Made by a program: the position numbers and the translations under genes
Assembly: GCA_963711565.1 (NCBI GenBank)
Contig: CAVQEQ010000003.1
Location: 832,001-896,000, forward strand
Direction: 5' to 3'
DNA: 64,000 bases
Source of the DNA: an uncultured delta proteobacterium
Lineage (GTDB): Bacteria > Desulfobacterota > Binatia > Binatales > Binataceae
The notes under the pieces: model-generated
Database searches by the model: none
Seen by the model: the letters and a program-made list of their open reading frames with translations, nothing else
What the model was told of the DNA's origin: nothing
Part shown: piece after piece, positions 41,072 through 50,270 of the stretch
Numbering within the stretch: position 1 is the stretch's first letter
Layout of the letters: the number at the start of each line of letters is the position of its first letter

Positions 41072-42217
41072 ATGAACTATTTCTCCCTCGTGCTCCGCAA
41101 CATTACCCGCAACAAGCGCCGCACCATCCTCACCACGCTCTCGATCACCGTCTCGATATTCATCTTCGCCTCGCTCATCAGCCTGCCCGAACTGCTTAAC
41201 CAGGTCCTGCGCGACCGCGCCAACTCGCTGCGCCTCATCTGCCACAGCAAGGCTAGCCTCTTCTACATGCTGCCCGAGTCATATCGCCGCCGAATCGAGA
41301 CCGTGCCGCACGTCGAGGCAGTGGCCGCTTACAGCGTCTTCATGGGAACCTATCGCGATCCGAACGAGCAGCTCGGCATTCTCGCCGTGGACGACGATCA
41401 CATCCGCGAGATCTTCCCCGATTGGGACATCGGCGCGGAAACCGAACACGAATTCGTGAGCATGCGCACGGCGGCGCTGGTCGCAACCAACCTGATGAAG
41501 CTCTACGGATGGAAAGTCGGCCAGACGATTATGCTGCGCGGCACCTTGTACCCGGTCGATCTGCAACTGACCATCGTCGGCGTGCTGAACGAGGAAGCCG
41601 CCGGCCCTCGCATCATCTTCCGCCGCGACTATATGGAAGAACTGCTCGGCAGGCCCGGTACCGCCAACCTGTTCTGGGTGAAAATTGACAGCTCGAAATC
41701 GGCGCCCGAAGTGATCGCCGCGATCGACGAGATGTTCGCCAATTCGGAAAACGAAACCGCCACCGAAACCGAAGTCGCGCTGATCAAGAACGAAATCGGC
41801 AGCAACCTCGGCCTGATGCTCAACGGCGCAAAATTTCTCGCCGCCATCGTGATGTTCACGATCGGGCTGGTTGCCGTCAACACGGCCGCGATGGCGGTGC
41901 GCGAGCGGCGTCACGAGATGGCGGTGATGCGCGCGATTGGGTTCACGCGCAGCTCGATCATCGCGCGCATCCTCGTCGAAGGCCTGCTAATCGGCGTGAC
42001 CGGCGGTGTCCTCGGATGCGTCCTGGCGTACCTCGGCTTCGAACTGTTGCCGCACGTCTCCGGCGCGCTGGGCCCGCTCGCGCTCGCGATGACGCTGGAG
42101 CCGCGAATCATCGCCTACAGCTTTCTCATTGCCGCCGCGATCGGCGCAGCCAGCGGCTTCATCCCTGCAACCCTCGCCACCCGCGGCGCCATCTCAACCG
42201 AACTCCGCGCCGTATAG
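41072..42217 (+). CDS. MacB/FtsX-type ABC transporter permease
   Basis: RNKRRTILT, N-terminal TM, periplasmic domain, VRERRHEMAVMRAIGF. Confidence 0.88.
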   Translation: MNYFSLVLRNITRNKRRTILTTLSITVSIFIFASLISLPELLNQVLRDRANSLRLICHSKASLFYMLPESYRRRIETVPHVEAVAAYSVFMGTYRDPNEQLGILAVDDDHIREIFPDWDIGAETEHEFVSMRTAALVATNLMKLYGWKVGQTIMLRGTLYPVDLQLTIVGVLNEEAAGPRIIFRRDYMEELLGRPGTANLFWVKIDSSKSAPEVIAAIDEMFANSENETATETEVALIKNEIGSNLGLMLNGAKFLAAIVMFTIGLVAVNTAAMAVRERRHEMAVMRAIGFTRSSIIARILVEGLLIGVTGGVLGCVLAYLGFELLPHVSGALGPLALAMTLEPRIIAYSFLIAAAIGAASGFIPATLATRGAISTELRAV

Positions 42218-42235
42218 TTGAACCTTGTCCGATCC

Positions 42236-42263
42236 TAACCTCTCCTTGTCCGAGGAGAGGTTA
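42236..42263. repeat. Hairpin repeat, copy A
   Basis: TAACCTCTCCTTGTCCGAGGAGAGGTTA; related copy at 45550. Confidence 0.65.
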
Positions 42264-42287
42264 AGTCCGAACGGAAGCTCCGCTCTT

Positions 42288-42708
42288 CTACTTCCTGAAC
42301 TCGACCGTCGCCGTCCCGGTCACGAGGCGCTCCGCCTCCTCGTTCTCCATCCAGAACGTCAATCTCGGCCGTGCGATCCGCGGGATTCTTGTTCGTGATA
42401 AATCCGTGAATCGTGATCGCGTGATCCGGCTGCACCGGCACGCGATATGTCGTGCTCATCTGCTTGAGCCACGCGTTGCCCGAGCCGATCCAGTCCGTCA
42501 CCAGCTTAGACAACAATCCGAGGCTCATATTGCCCGGCAGGATCATCCCCGGCAGCCCTTCCTTCTTCGCCGCCTCGTCGTCGGTGAAGCGCCCCGCGAT
42601 CTCGCCCATCCCCATCAGCTTGGCGTAGGCCCGGCACTGATCCTTGCTGACGAGCAACTCGAGCGGTCCGAGCGTATCGCCGATGTTGATCTCTTCGAAG
42701 CTGCTCAC
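42288..42708 (-). CDS. MaoC-like hot-dog fold protein, frameshifted near 42355
   Basis: FEEINIGDTL, AKKEGLPGMILPGNM; removing one base gives the plausible end EIDVWMENEEAERLVTGTATVEFRK*. Confidence 0.75.
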
Positions 42709-43151
42709 GTTCGGTTCATGAAGCGATGGTCGATATGGGCCAGCACTTCGTCCTTCTGATTCTTGAGTGTCGAGCGGATCACGACGAAGACCATCGTGCC
42801 CGTGCGTCCGGTCTTCTCGAAAATCTCCTTCACGTGCGAGGTCAACGTCACCTGGTCGCCCGGCCGTATCGGTGCGACGAACTCGACATCCTTGCCCGCG
42901 TCGAAGCCGCGCCGTCCGAAGCGCGGCACATTCTCGAAAAAATGCCGCCCGTTGCGGAACGTCACCGCGAACGACGGCGGCGCGACGATCCCGCCGTACG
43001 GCCCGCGCTTCGCCGCTTCCTCGTCCGTGTAAATGGGATTGGTCTCGCCGAGCGCCGCGCAGTACCGCTTGATCTTGTCGGCCTTGACCTCGACCGGTTC
43101 GGTCACTTCGAAGACCTTGTTGATTAGCGCCGGATCGTAATTCACTGCCAT
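42705..43151 (-). CDS. MaoC dehydratase N-terminal-like hot-dog protein
   Basis: KIKRYCAALGETNPIY.D..AA, IVAPPSF, PIRPGD, EK.GRTG.M.FV. Confidence 0.85.
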   Translation of the reverse strand: MAVNYDPALINKVFEVTEPVEVKADKIKRYCAALGETNPIYTDEEAAKRGPYGGIVAPPSFAVTFRNGRHFFENVPRFGRRGFDAGKDVEFVAPIRPGDQVTLTSHVKEIFEKTGRTGTMVFVVIRSTLKNQKDEVLAHIDHRFMNRT

Positions 43152-43173
43152 CGTAATTCTCTCGATTTCCTCG

Positions 43174-43857
43174 CTACCGCGTTTCCATCGCGACCGCATG
43201 CGGCACGGCTTTGCGCCGCGGCCGGAAATCCACCGGCTCGTAATTGCCGGCCTTCAATTCCCGCACCAGGTCCTCGATCGTTTTGATATACGCGCTGAAC
43301 TTCGTCGCGCACAGCCCAATCAAACTCACCAGGTGACTATCCGATCCGCCGGTCGCCGCGAAACCGTACTTCGCGATCAGCTCCGCGCTGCGTTCGTCCT
43401 CGCCCTTGCGCGATCCGCCGTTCAGCAGTTCGACCGCGACCACGTTCTCCAGCGGCGGCTTGTTCTGGTAGTGCTCGTACATCCCGATATTCGGCCGCCC
43501 CGGATGGCACGGCACGACGATCCCGCCCATCCGCGCGACCTCATTGATCAGCGTCTGCGCGTCGAGATGCACGTCGGCAAAATCGAATCGCTTGACCATG
43601 TCGTCGTTCACGCCGAACACCAGCATGTGCCCGTAGTTGGTCTCGACTTCCGACGCGCGCAGCACCATCGTGCCGAACTTGTCCTCGAGCGCGCGGTAGT
43701 CGCCGCCGCGATTGAACTGTCGATGCTCGGTCAACACGATTCCATCGACCGGCCGCTCGACCGCCCGCAGCTTGATCCAGTTGAGGTACGCCTCTACCGG
43801 TGCGCGGCTGTCTTCCGATGCTTCACTATGCGTGTGCAGATCAAGGATTGTACTCAC
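43174..43857 (-). CDS. PHP-domain metallo-phosphoesterase-like protein
   Basis: DLHTHS, LTEH, EVETNYGHML, CHP, GGSDSH. Confidence 0.85.
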   Translation of the reverse strand: MSTILDLHTHSEASEDSRAPVEAYLNWIKLRAVERPVDGIVLTEHRQFNRGGDYRALEDKFGTMVLRASEVETNYGHMLVFGVNDDMVKRFDFADVHLDAQTLINEVARMGGIVVPCHPGRPNIGMYEHYQNKPPLENVVAVELLNGGSRKGEDERSAELIAKYGFAATGGSDSHLVSLIGLCATKFSAYIKTIEDLVRELKAGNYEPVDFRPRRKAVPHAVAMETR

Positions 43858-43870
43858 CAGGAATGTGCCC

Positions 43871-44299
43871 TCACCTCGCCGGGCGAAATTTCGCGAGCGT
43901 CACCGTTGGCGTGACGTCCTCGTATACGACCTCGACGGGCATGCCTATTTTAACCTGATCCGGCTGGCAGTCGATAACGTTGGTGAGCATTTTCAGGCCC
44001 TCGTCCAACTCGACGTACGCCATTACGTACGGCAACGATTCGCGAAACCCCGCCGCCTGGTTCTGATAGGTCGTCGTGAAAGTATAAACCTTGCCGCGAC
44101 CGCTGCACTTGATCCATTGCGTGTCCGCCGACATGCAATTCGTGCACAGCGCGCGCGGATAGTAGCGCACGTCGCCGCACTTGCCGCACTTCTGTATATA
44201 CAGTTCGTGCCGCTGGAGCGCTTCCCACCACGGACGATTCTCTTCATCGAGATGCGGTAACGGCTTCGAGTATTTCTTGGCCTGCGTTTGTTCCGCCAT
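43871..44299 (-). CDS. Zn-ribbon/OB-fold protein (DUF35)
   Basis: PWWE, CGKC...CTNC, G.GKVYTFT, PYV.A.VELDEG. Confidence 0.92.
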   Translation of the reverse strand: MAEQTQAKKYSKPLPHLDEENRPWWEALQRHELYIQKCGKCGDVRYYPRALCTNCMSADTQWIKCSGRGKVYTFTTTYQNQAAGFRESLPYVMAYVELDEGLKMLTNVIDCQPDQVKIGMPVEVVYEDVTPTVTLAKFRPAR

Positions 44300-44312
44300 G
44301 ATTTTGATCCGC

Positions 44313-45476
44313 CTACTGATTGCTGAGAATCAACGTCGCCCCCGAATGCCGCGTGCCGAGCGTGCCTCCCGTCCCGTGCGCGAGCGCGATTTTGCAATCC
44401 TTGACCTGCCTCGGCCCGCATTCACCGCGCAGTTGCTTGGCCGCTTCAATCACCAAAAAAATCCCACGCATCCCCGGATGGTTCGACGACAGGCCGCCGC
44501 CGTCGGTGTTGATTGGAAACTCGCCGTCGTAGCGCAGCCGCCCGCCCGACACGAAGGCGCCGCCCTCGCCGCGCTTGCAGAAGCCGAGATTCTCGAGCGT
44601 CGTCAGCACGGTGATCGTGAACGAGTCGTAGATCATCGCCATGTCGATATCTTTATGCGCGACGCCCGAGCGCTCGAACGCCAGCCGCCCCGATTGCGCC
44701 GCCGCGATTTCCAGGAAGTCGCGCTGGCCGCGCGCCGCGTGCCGCACCGTCTCGCCCGTGCCGAGGATATACACCGGCTTCTTCTTCAAATCGCGCGCCC
44801 GCTCTGCCGACGTGATCACCAGCGCGCCGCCGCCGTCGCTGATGATGCAACAATCGAGCAGATGCAGCGGCGACGAGATGATCCTCGACGCGAGCACGTC
44901 CTCGACCGTAATCGGGTCCCGATACTTCGCCGCCGGATTCATCGACGCATGCAGCCGCGTCGTGACCGCAATCTCCGCGAGCTGTTCCAACGTCGTGCCG
45001 TAGTCATGCATATGGCGCTGCGCGATCATCGCGTACGACCCCACCGTCGTCGGCCCAAACGGAATCTCGTACTGATCGCACGGATCGCCGCTGCCGCCGC
45101 CCCCGCCGCCGGTGCCGATCGCAAACCGCGACGACGCCGCCGTCGATCCGTAAACCACGACGCATACGTCGCACAGCCCCGCGTGAATCGCGGCCGCCGC
45201 ATGCGCCGTATGCGCGACGAACGACGACCCGCCAATCTGTGTCGAGTCAACAAAGTTCGGCGTCAGGTTCAGGTAATCGCAAAGGCTTACGATTCCCATC
45301 CCGCCCATGCCCATGCCGGCCGTGCACAGCCCGTTCACGTCCTTGATAGTCAGTCCTGCATCGTCCAGCGCGCCCCGCACGCTCTCCGCCATTATCTGAA
45401 ATAAACTCTTGTCCGGTGCGAATCGCGTCGGATGCTCAAACACTCCGGCCACTGCGGTCTTGCGGCTTAAACTCAT
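44313..45476 (-). CDS. Thiolase-like protein (SCP2/Ltp2 type)
   Basis: SPLHLLDCC..SDGG, IYDSFT, NTDGGGLS..HPG; GGSS replaces the usual catalytic Cys motif. Confidence 0.88.
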   Translation of the reverse strand: MSLSRKTAVAGVFEHPTRFAPDKSLFQIMAESVRGALDDAGLTIKDVNGLCTAGMGMGGMGIVSLCDYLNLTPNFVDSTQIGGSSFVAHTAHAAAAIHAGLCDVCVVVYGSTAASSRFAIGTGGGGGGSGDPCDQYEIPFGPTTVGSYAMIAQRHMHDYGTTLEQLAEIAVTTRLHASMNPAAKYRDPITVEDVLASRIISSPLHLLDCCIISDGGGALVITSAERARDLKKKPVYILGTGETVRHAARGQRDFLEIAAAQSGRLAFERSGVAHKDIDMAMIYDSFTITVLTTLENLGFCKRGEGGAFVSGGRLRYDGEFPINTDGGGLSSNHPGMRGIFLVIEAAKQLRGECGPRQVKDCKIALAHGTGGTLGTRHSGATLILSNQ

Positions 45477-45549
45477 CTCGAATCCCTCTTCAAGAACACC
45501 TTGGCCCAACTAGCCGGCGTTCTTCTCCGTCTCCGAACGTCCGCTCCAA

Positions 45550-45575
45550 TAACCTCCCCTTGTCCGAGGGGAGGT
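45550..45575. repeat. Hairpin repeat, copy B
   Basis: TAACCTCCCCTTGTCCGAGGGGAGGT; one compensatory pair change relative to 42236. Confidence 0.65.
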
Positions 45576-45698
45576 CGCGGGGCGCCGAAGGAGCACTGCG
45601 GGAGAGGTACAAAGCTCGCTAGAGCACAACCCTGAATTTTTTGGTCGAAATTCATGCGATAGAATCTGGACTCGCCAACGTACGCAAGCCTCTCTCTT

Positions 45699-46523
45699 TC
45701 AGCTCTTCAACGAATCAACAAACTGTTCGATCGCTGCGTTATACTCGGTCGGCCGCTCGCGCGGAATATAATGCCCCGCGTCCGCAATAATCTTGCACGT
45801 CGCGCCGCGAATCTTGCCCGCGATAAATTCCGCATCCGCCGGCGTCGTGCCCTTGTCGTCCGCGCCCACGAGCACCAAGGTCTGCTTGTCGATCTTCGCG
45901 ATCGCGTCGCGCAGATCGACCTGCGAGCACGCGAGAATATCGGTGTAGCGCACGCGCGGATCAGTCTTGATTTGTTCCATCCACCCTTCGCGGACGACGT
46001 CGAAATTCTCCTTCACAGTCTTCGGTGAATAGCCGTCGGTATTGAAAGCCTGCGGCGCCCGCCCCATCGTAGTCGCCCGCAATCCCTCGATTCGATCCGG
46101 CGTCAGGTTGAACTTCGCCGCCGTGCAACTGAGGATCAACGCCTCGACCCGCCCCGCATGCCGCAGCCCAAGATCCATCGCAATCGCCCCGCCCATCGAA
46201 TGCCCTAAAATCACCGCCGATTTGATCTTCAACGCATCAAGAAAAGCCGCAACAAAATCCGCGTAATCATGAACCGTCCTCAACCCCTCAACTCCCGCCG
46301 ACCGCCCATGCCCCGGCAAATCGAGCGCAATCGGACTGTGCTGCGCGCCAAACGTCTCAATCTGCCGATGCCACGTGTGCCCATTCGACCCCGCGCCATG
46401 CACAAACAAAATCCTGCGCCCGCGCGAAAAGTCCGGCACCACATCGGGCAGCGTCGTCGCGCCGTTGTAATAGTAGTAAGTCGCGTATCCCTTAACGTCA
46501 GTATATTTCGTCTGCGTAGGCAT
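45699..46523 (-). CDS. Alpha/beta hydrolase
   Basis: FVHGAG, DLPGHG.S, GHSMGG, G..D, AGH. Confidence 0.92.
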   Translation of the reverse strand: MPTQTKYTDVKGYATYYYYNGATTLPDVVPDFSRGRRILFVHGAGSNGHTWHRQIETFGAQHSPIALDLPGHGRSAGVEGLRTVHDYADFVAAFLDALKIKSAVILGHSMGGAIAMDLGLRHAGRVEALILSCTAAKFNLTPDRIEGLRATTMGRAPQAFNTDGYSPKTVKENFDVVREGWMEQIKTDPRVRYTDILACSQVDLRDAIAKIDKQTLVLVGADDKGTTPADAEFIAGKIRGATCKIIADAGHYIPRERPTEYNAAIEQFVDSLKS

Positions 46524-46675
46524 CGGCGCAAAACTCTCCGCTACGTGCTTTTGTCCGTTAGCTACTAGGTTAAACCCGCCCCCGTCAAACGCCACCGGGC
46601 TTAGCTTTCGCTCCTGCCGATGATTAGCGGCCGACTCCTACGATTCCCAACTGCGACCGTGATAGAGTGCGGCCT

Positions 46676-47227
46676 TCATATAGTCCCCATAAAAACACCC
46701 CGCATAATCGGGGACGCTTCAATAAAGGTGCTCAAGCATCGGAACGCTAGCTCGACAAGATGCTGGTCCCGTTCAACATAGCTCGCTTTATTTCCGTGAA
46801 AAAGATTGCACCGTACTTGATAGATGCACTGATTTAGGTCTTCCCATCCTGGTCGCTCCCAGCTGGCCGGATCCCATTTCTCGGGCTTCGCGCGTCGGTT
46901 CCTCGCAGTACTCCTTATCGGCCACTCTTTCGCGAATGACCGGACACTCTCTCCAAGCGCCGACTTGCCTACCATCGACTCGGTGAAGTCACGCCGCAAT
47001 TCCCTGCACGCGCACAGCGATTCGATCATAGCCGAGTCTCGGTTGCATTCGGTCACGCATGACAACCATCCATTAAACGACATCCAGAGAAAGACGAACC
47101 TAACGAGGTAATCGGTACTTGAATCGCGCTGGGACTTTTCGAACCAATGTCGAACTAGTCTTTTGCCTGGGTCATGAAGGCCGTCGAATCTAGATAAGCA
47201 GATTGTTACGTCGTGCCTTCTTGACAA
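46676..47227 (-). CDS. HEPN-domain protein
   Basis: F..LWMSFN N-terminal motif and Rx4H (YQVRCNLFHGNK); visibly lower GC. Start uncertain. Confidence 0.7.
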   Translation of the reverse strand: MSRRHDVTICLSRFDGLHDPGKRLVRHWFEKSQRDSSTDYLVRFVFLWMSFNGWLSCVTECNRDSAMIESLCACRELRRDFTESMVGKSALGESVRSFAKEWPIRSTARNRRAKPEKWDPASWERPGWEDLNQCIYQVRCNLFHGNKASYVERDQHLVELAFRCLSTFIEASPIMRGVFMGTI

Positions 47228-47274
47228 TTTAACAACCTCTATCCAAGCAGACCGTGACTCGATGCCGTTTTGTC

Positions 47275-47904
47275 TTAGTTTGAATTTATGCCACCCAAGG
47301 CTGTCGCGCTCGGCAGCGAAAGAGAAATATACTTTGAATTAACCTGAAAAGTGCCGCCGTTTGAGATGAATACGTTGACGATCGCCTGATATTCATCCTC
47401 CGAGATTCCCGGACCACCGAGCGAGCACCTCCCAAGATTGTCCGCCTTGTCGCGCCCGAAATGCGGATTGACCATCTTCAACCGCGCCGTAGGTATCGTC
47501 GTCATCAGAATCGGATTGTAGGTGTGTTTGGTCCCTCCAATCTCGTTTCCGTACTTGTCGTAAGTATGCTCATCTTCCTCTTGGTCGAGGTAGACCGCAT
47601 CGACGACGACCTTGGAGCTCTTGAACTTGGCGCTCTTTCGGGCCGCTTGGAATGTGAAGCCAGCGAGCGCATCCGCTACGATCGCGCGTTGCAGCTCATA
47701 ACCGGGGCAGCCGAGCGAGGCCGTTTCGACCACTCCCTCGTCCAAGTTTGTTAGGTGGACCAGCGAACCTTGAGGCATTTGGGGAAACCTGTTGAGCGGA
47801 TCCGAATTTCCGGCTCTCGCGGCGAGGGGGAAGAGAAGGATCGCGGAGGCAACCGCTGACAAGAGCGTGAGCCAAATTTTGAAACGCGCTTTAGACTTCT
47901 TCAT
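47275..47904 (-). CDS. Hypothetical exported protein
   Basis: Signal peptide MKKSK...LAARA; SD-like GAGG. Confidence 0.7.
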   Translation of the reverse strand: MKKSKARFKIWLTLLSAVASAILLFPLAARAGNSDPLNRFPQMPQGSLVHLTNLDEGVVETASLGCPGYELQRAIVADALAGFTFQAARKSAKFKSSKVVVDAVYLDQEEDEHTYDKYGNEIGGTKHTYNPILMTTIPTARLKMVNPHFGRDKADNLGRCSLGGPGISEDEYQAIVNVFISNGGTFQVNSKYISLSLPSATALGGINSN

Positions 47905-48002
47905 GTTGCCTCAAGCGGATTCAAAAGTGTTGCCTGGTGCGCTGCTCCTTAACTCCAAGAGCGTACGAAACCAACGAAGCTTAGCGCGATCACCGAAGCA
48001 TT

Positions 48003-48806
48003 TCATCGATCCCACCTCCCGACAATCAGCGGCTCGTGCTGCGTCCGGCTCCGCGACGCGGCCTCCTTTGCGATTTCCGCCAGCATCGTATCGGCTCGTT
48101 CGCGCTCGCCTTCCGGTATCAACGGCATCCACCTGATTCTGATCCACTCATCGATATCCGCCCACGTGACCGTGAACGGGGCCGCGCGCTCCTCAACCCG
48201 CAAACCCGCCTTAACGAACGCCTTCTGATATCGATCCTTGGGACGCGCATCGGCGTCGCGGCGTGCCGCCCTCCGAAATATCACCTCGCTATAACCCCGC
48301 CATCGCTCCGGACCGACGATCACACTCAGCATCTGCCGAACGCTATCGTCGCGCTGCCCGGTCGCAATCATCACCCCGCCGGCCCGCAGACATCGCGCGA
48401 GCTCCGCCACGATATCTTCGACATCCGAGACGAACTGCAACACGTGGCTCGCAAAAATAAAATCGAACGTCGCCGCCTTGAACGGCAGCCGTGACACGTC
48501 AGCGTTGACTAGCCGGCACTTCGGACCAACGCGTTCGCGCGCGGACAGCAGCATGTCGAATGTCAAGTCGGCGCCGGTGACCGTGCGATTTCCCGGCGCC
48601 GCGACAAACTTCGTCAGATACGCACCGTTGCCGCATCCGACATCGAGCATGTCGCGCGCATTCGCTATCTCGCCCACAAGCGCATCGAGCACGGCTTGCC
48701 GCCGATTCCCGTAATACGCGCCGTCGCCGTAAGTGCCCGCCAGACGGCCGAAGTACGCTGCTATGTTTGAAGGTGTGCGAGATCTGGAAGTTTCGCTGGG
48801 ATCCAC
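48003..48806 (-). CDS. Class I SAM-dependent methyltransferase
   Basis: LDVGCGNG, GADL, AD..RLPF...FD, RCLRAGG. Confidence 0.9.
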   Translation of the reverse strand: MDPSETSRSRTPSNIAAYFGRLAGTYGDGAYYGNRRQAVLDALVGEIANARDMLDVGCGNGAYLTKFVAAPGNRTVTGADLTFDMLLSARERVGPKCRLVNADVSRLPFKAATFDFIFASHVLQFVSDVEDIVAELARCLRAGGVMIATGQRDDSVRQMLSVIVGPERWRGYSEVIFRRAARRDADARPKDRYQKAFVKAGLRVEERAAPFTVTWADIDEWIRIRWMPLIPEGERERADTMLAEIAKEAASRSRTQHEPLIVGRWDR

Positions 48807-48846
48807 ATCGCTGAGAATGACAGAAAAACGGGCGCGCCGAGAATAG

Positions 48847-49095
48847 TCAGCCGGCTGCTTTTCGAGGCTTGCGGCCCTTCGCTTTGCGCGTGGGCGCGGA
48901 TTCTCCGTCGCCGTCGATTGGACCGGCCTGCCCGTGCTCCCATACTTCGATCGCCGCGCGGCTGAACCGCCATGCGCTGCCGACGCGGAAACCCGGAATT
49001 CGCCCTTCGCGGAGCAGCCGGTAAATCGTCGTCGGATGGACGCGCAAATGCGCCGACAGCTCCGTGATCGTCAGGATTTCTTCCGAGGATGCCAT
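48847..49095 (-). CDS. Excisionase-like HTH DNA-binding protein
   Basis: ILT..ELS..LRVH.TTIYRL...G.IPGFRVG..WRF. Confidence 0.88.
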   Translation of the reverse strand: MASSEEILTITELSAHLRVHPTTIYRLLREGRIPGFRVGSAWRFSRAAIEVWEHGQAGPIDGDGESAPTRKAKGRKPRKAAG

Positions 49096-49327
49096 GGTCT
49101 CGCTCCCCCCGGGAGTTTTTTACCGGTTCCCCTTTTAACGAGCCGTATCGCTCAATGCCGCACAAAAACCCGCCACCAAGCCTCTAACCGCGCCACAGTT
49201 AAGTCAATACTGAGTGTTCGCGCCCGCTAGAGGTTGTGAATCTTGGCGAGGGTGCGTCATGTTGCGTTATCGTTCGCGAAGGACCGGCACAAGCACCCGA
49301 CGCCGCGCGTCAAGGAGGCGACTCGCA

Positions 49328-50134
49328 ATGAACTATGAGGCGATTGAAATCAAAAACGAAGGCGCGGTGGCGTGGCTCACGCTCAAGCGTCCGCACAATC
49401 TCAACGCGCTCAGCGCGCAGATGGTCGCCGAGCTCGAGGACTTCCTCCATCGCCTGCCGACGCTCACCGAAACCCGCGTCGTCGTGATGAAGGGCGCCGG
49501 GCGCGCGTTCTGCGCCGGGCTCGATCTCAAGGAACAAAACCGTGGGGGCACCGGCCTCGGCGCCTCGACCACCGACACCGTCGAGAGCCAGCGCCGCATG
49601 AGCGACCTGGTCGTCGCGATTCGCCGCGCGCCGCAGCCGTTCATCGCCGCAATCCGCGGACCTGCTGCCGGCGGCGGCTTCGCGCTGGCGCTCGCATGCG
49701 ACGTGCGCATCGCCGGCGAGTCGGCTCGCTTCAACGCCGCATTCATTCGCATCGGGCTGAGCGCGTGCGACATGGGCGTCAGCTATTTCCTGCCGCGCGC
49801 CGTCGGCAGCTCGGTCGCCTCCGAGCTGATGCTCACGGGACGCTTCATCAACGCCCAACGCGCATTCGCCACGGGCCTGGTGTCCGAATTGATGCCCGAT
49901 GCTGACGTCGATGCGGCCGCCGCCAAGCTCGCGCTCGAGATGACGGAAACCTCGCCGCTAGGCCTTCGCCTGACGAAAGAATGCCTCTCGATAAACATCG
50001 ACGCCGGCAGCCTCAAGAATGCGCTCGCAATCGAAGATCGCAACCAGGTGCTATGCGTTCGCGCCGGCTACATCGAAGAAGGCGCCCGCGCCTTCCTCGA
50101 AAAGCGCAAGCCGCGCTACGCCCCGCGCGCCTGA
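49328..50134 (+). CDS. Enoyl-CoA hydratase/isomerase
   Basis: RAFCAGLD, AAGGGFALALACD, EGARAFLEKR; SD AGGAGG. Confidence 0.92.
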   Translation: MNYEAIEIKNEGAVAWLTLKRPHNLNALSAQMVAELEDFLHRLPTLTETRVVVMKGAGRAFCAGLDLKEQNRGGTGLGASTTDTVESQRRMSDLVVAIRRAPQPFIAAIRGPAAGGGFALALACDVRIAGESARFNAAFIRIGLSACDMGVSYFLPRAVGSSVASELMLTGRFINAQRAFATGLVSELMPDADVDAAAAKLALEMTETSPLGLRLTKECLSINIDAGSLKNALAIEDRNQVLCVRAGYIEEGARAFLEKRKPRYAPRA

Positions 50135-50138
50135 CAAG

Positions 50139-50169
50139 AAAAAAGGGGCGGTTCCGACGAACCGCCCCT
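50139..50169 (-). terminator. Rho-independent terminator
   Basis: AGGGGCGGTTC/GAACCGCCCCT stem with a T-run on the minus strand, between convergent genes. Confidence 0.75.
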
Positions 50170-50182
50170 CAAGCACTCTTAA

Positions 50183-50267
50183 CACCGGGTGCAGGGGTCA
50201 CCCCTGCCGAAGGAAGCGTGAAACCCACCGCGGGTTTCACATTAAATCAAATGATTTACCCTTCCCT
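50183..50267 (+). repeat. Tri-hairpin dispersed element, copy 3 (terminator in place of first hairpin)
   Basis: Core + GTGAAACCCACCGCGGGTTTCAC + TGATTTACCCTTCCCT. Confidence 0.9.
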
Positions 50268-50270
50268 CGA

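Noticed and set aside
46565-46605. Possible IS605-type end next to the HEPN islet
   Set aside because: Weak imperfect hairpin with no second copy or transposase.
48847-49095. Excisionase-like gene as a prophage marker
   Set aside because: No integrase, att site or phage genes nearby; stand-alone HTH proteins of this type are common.
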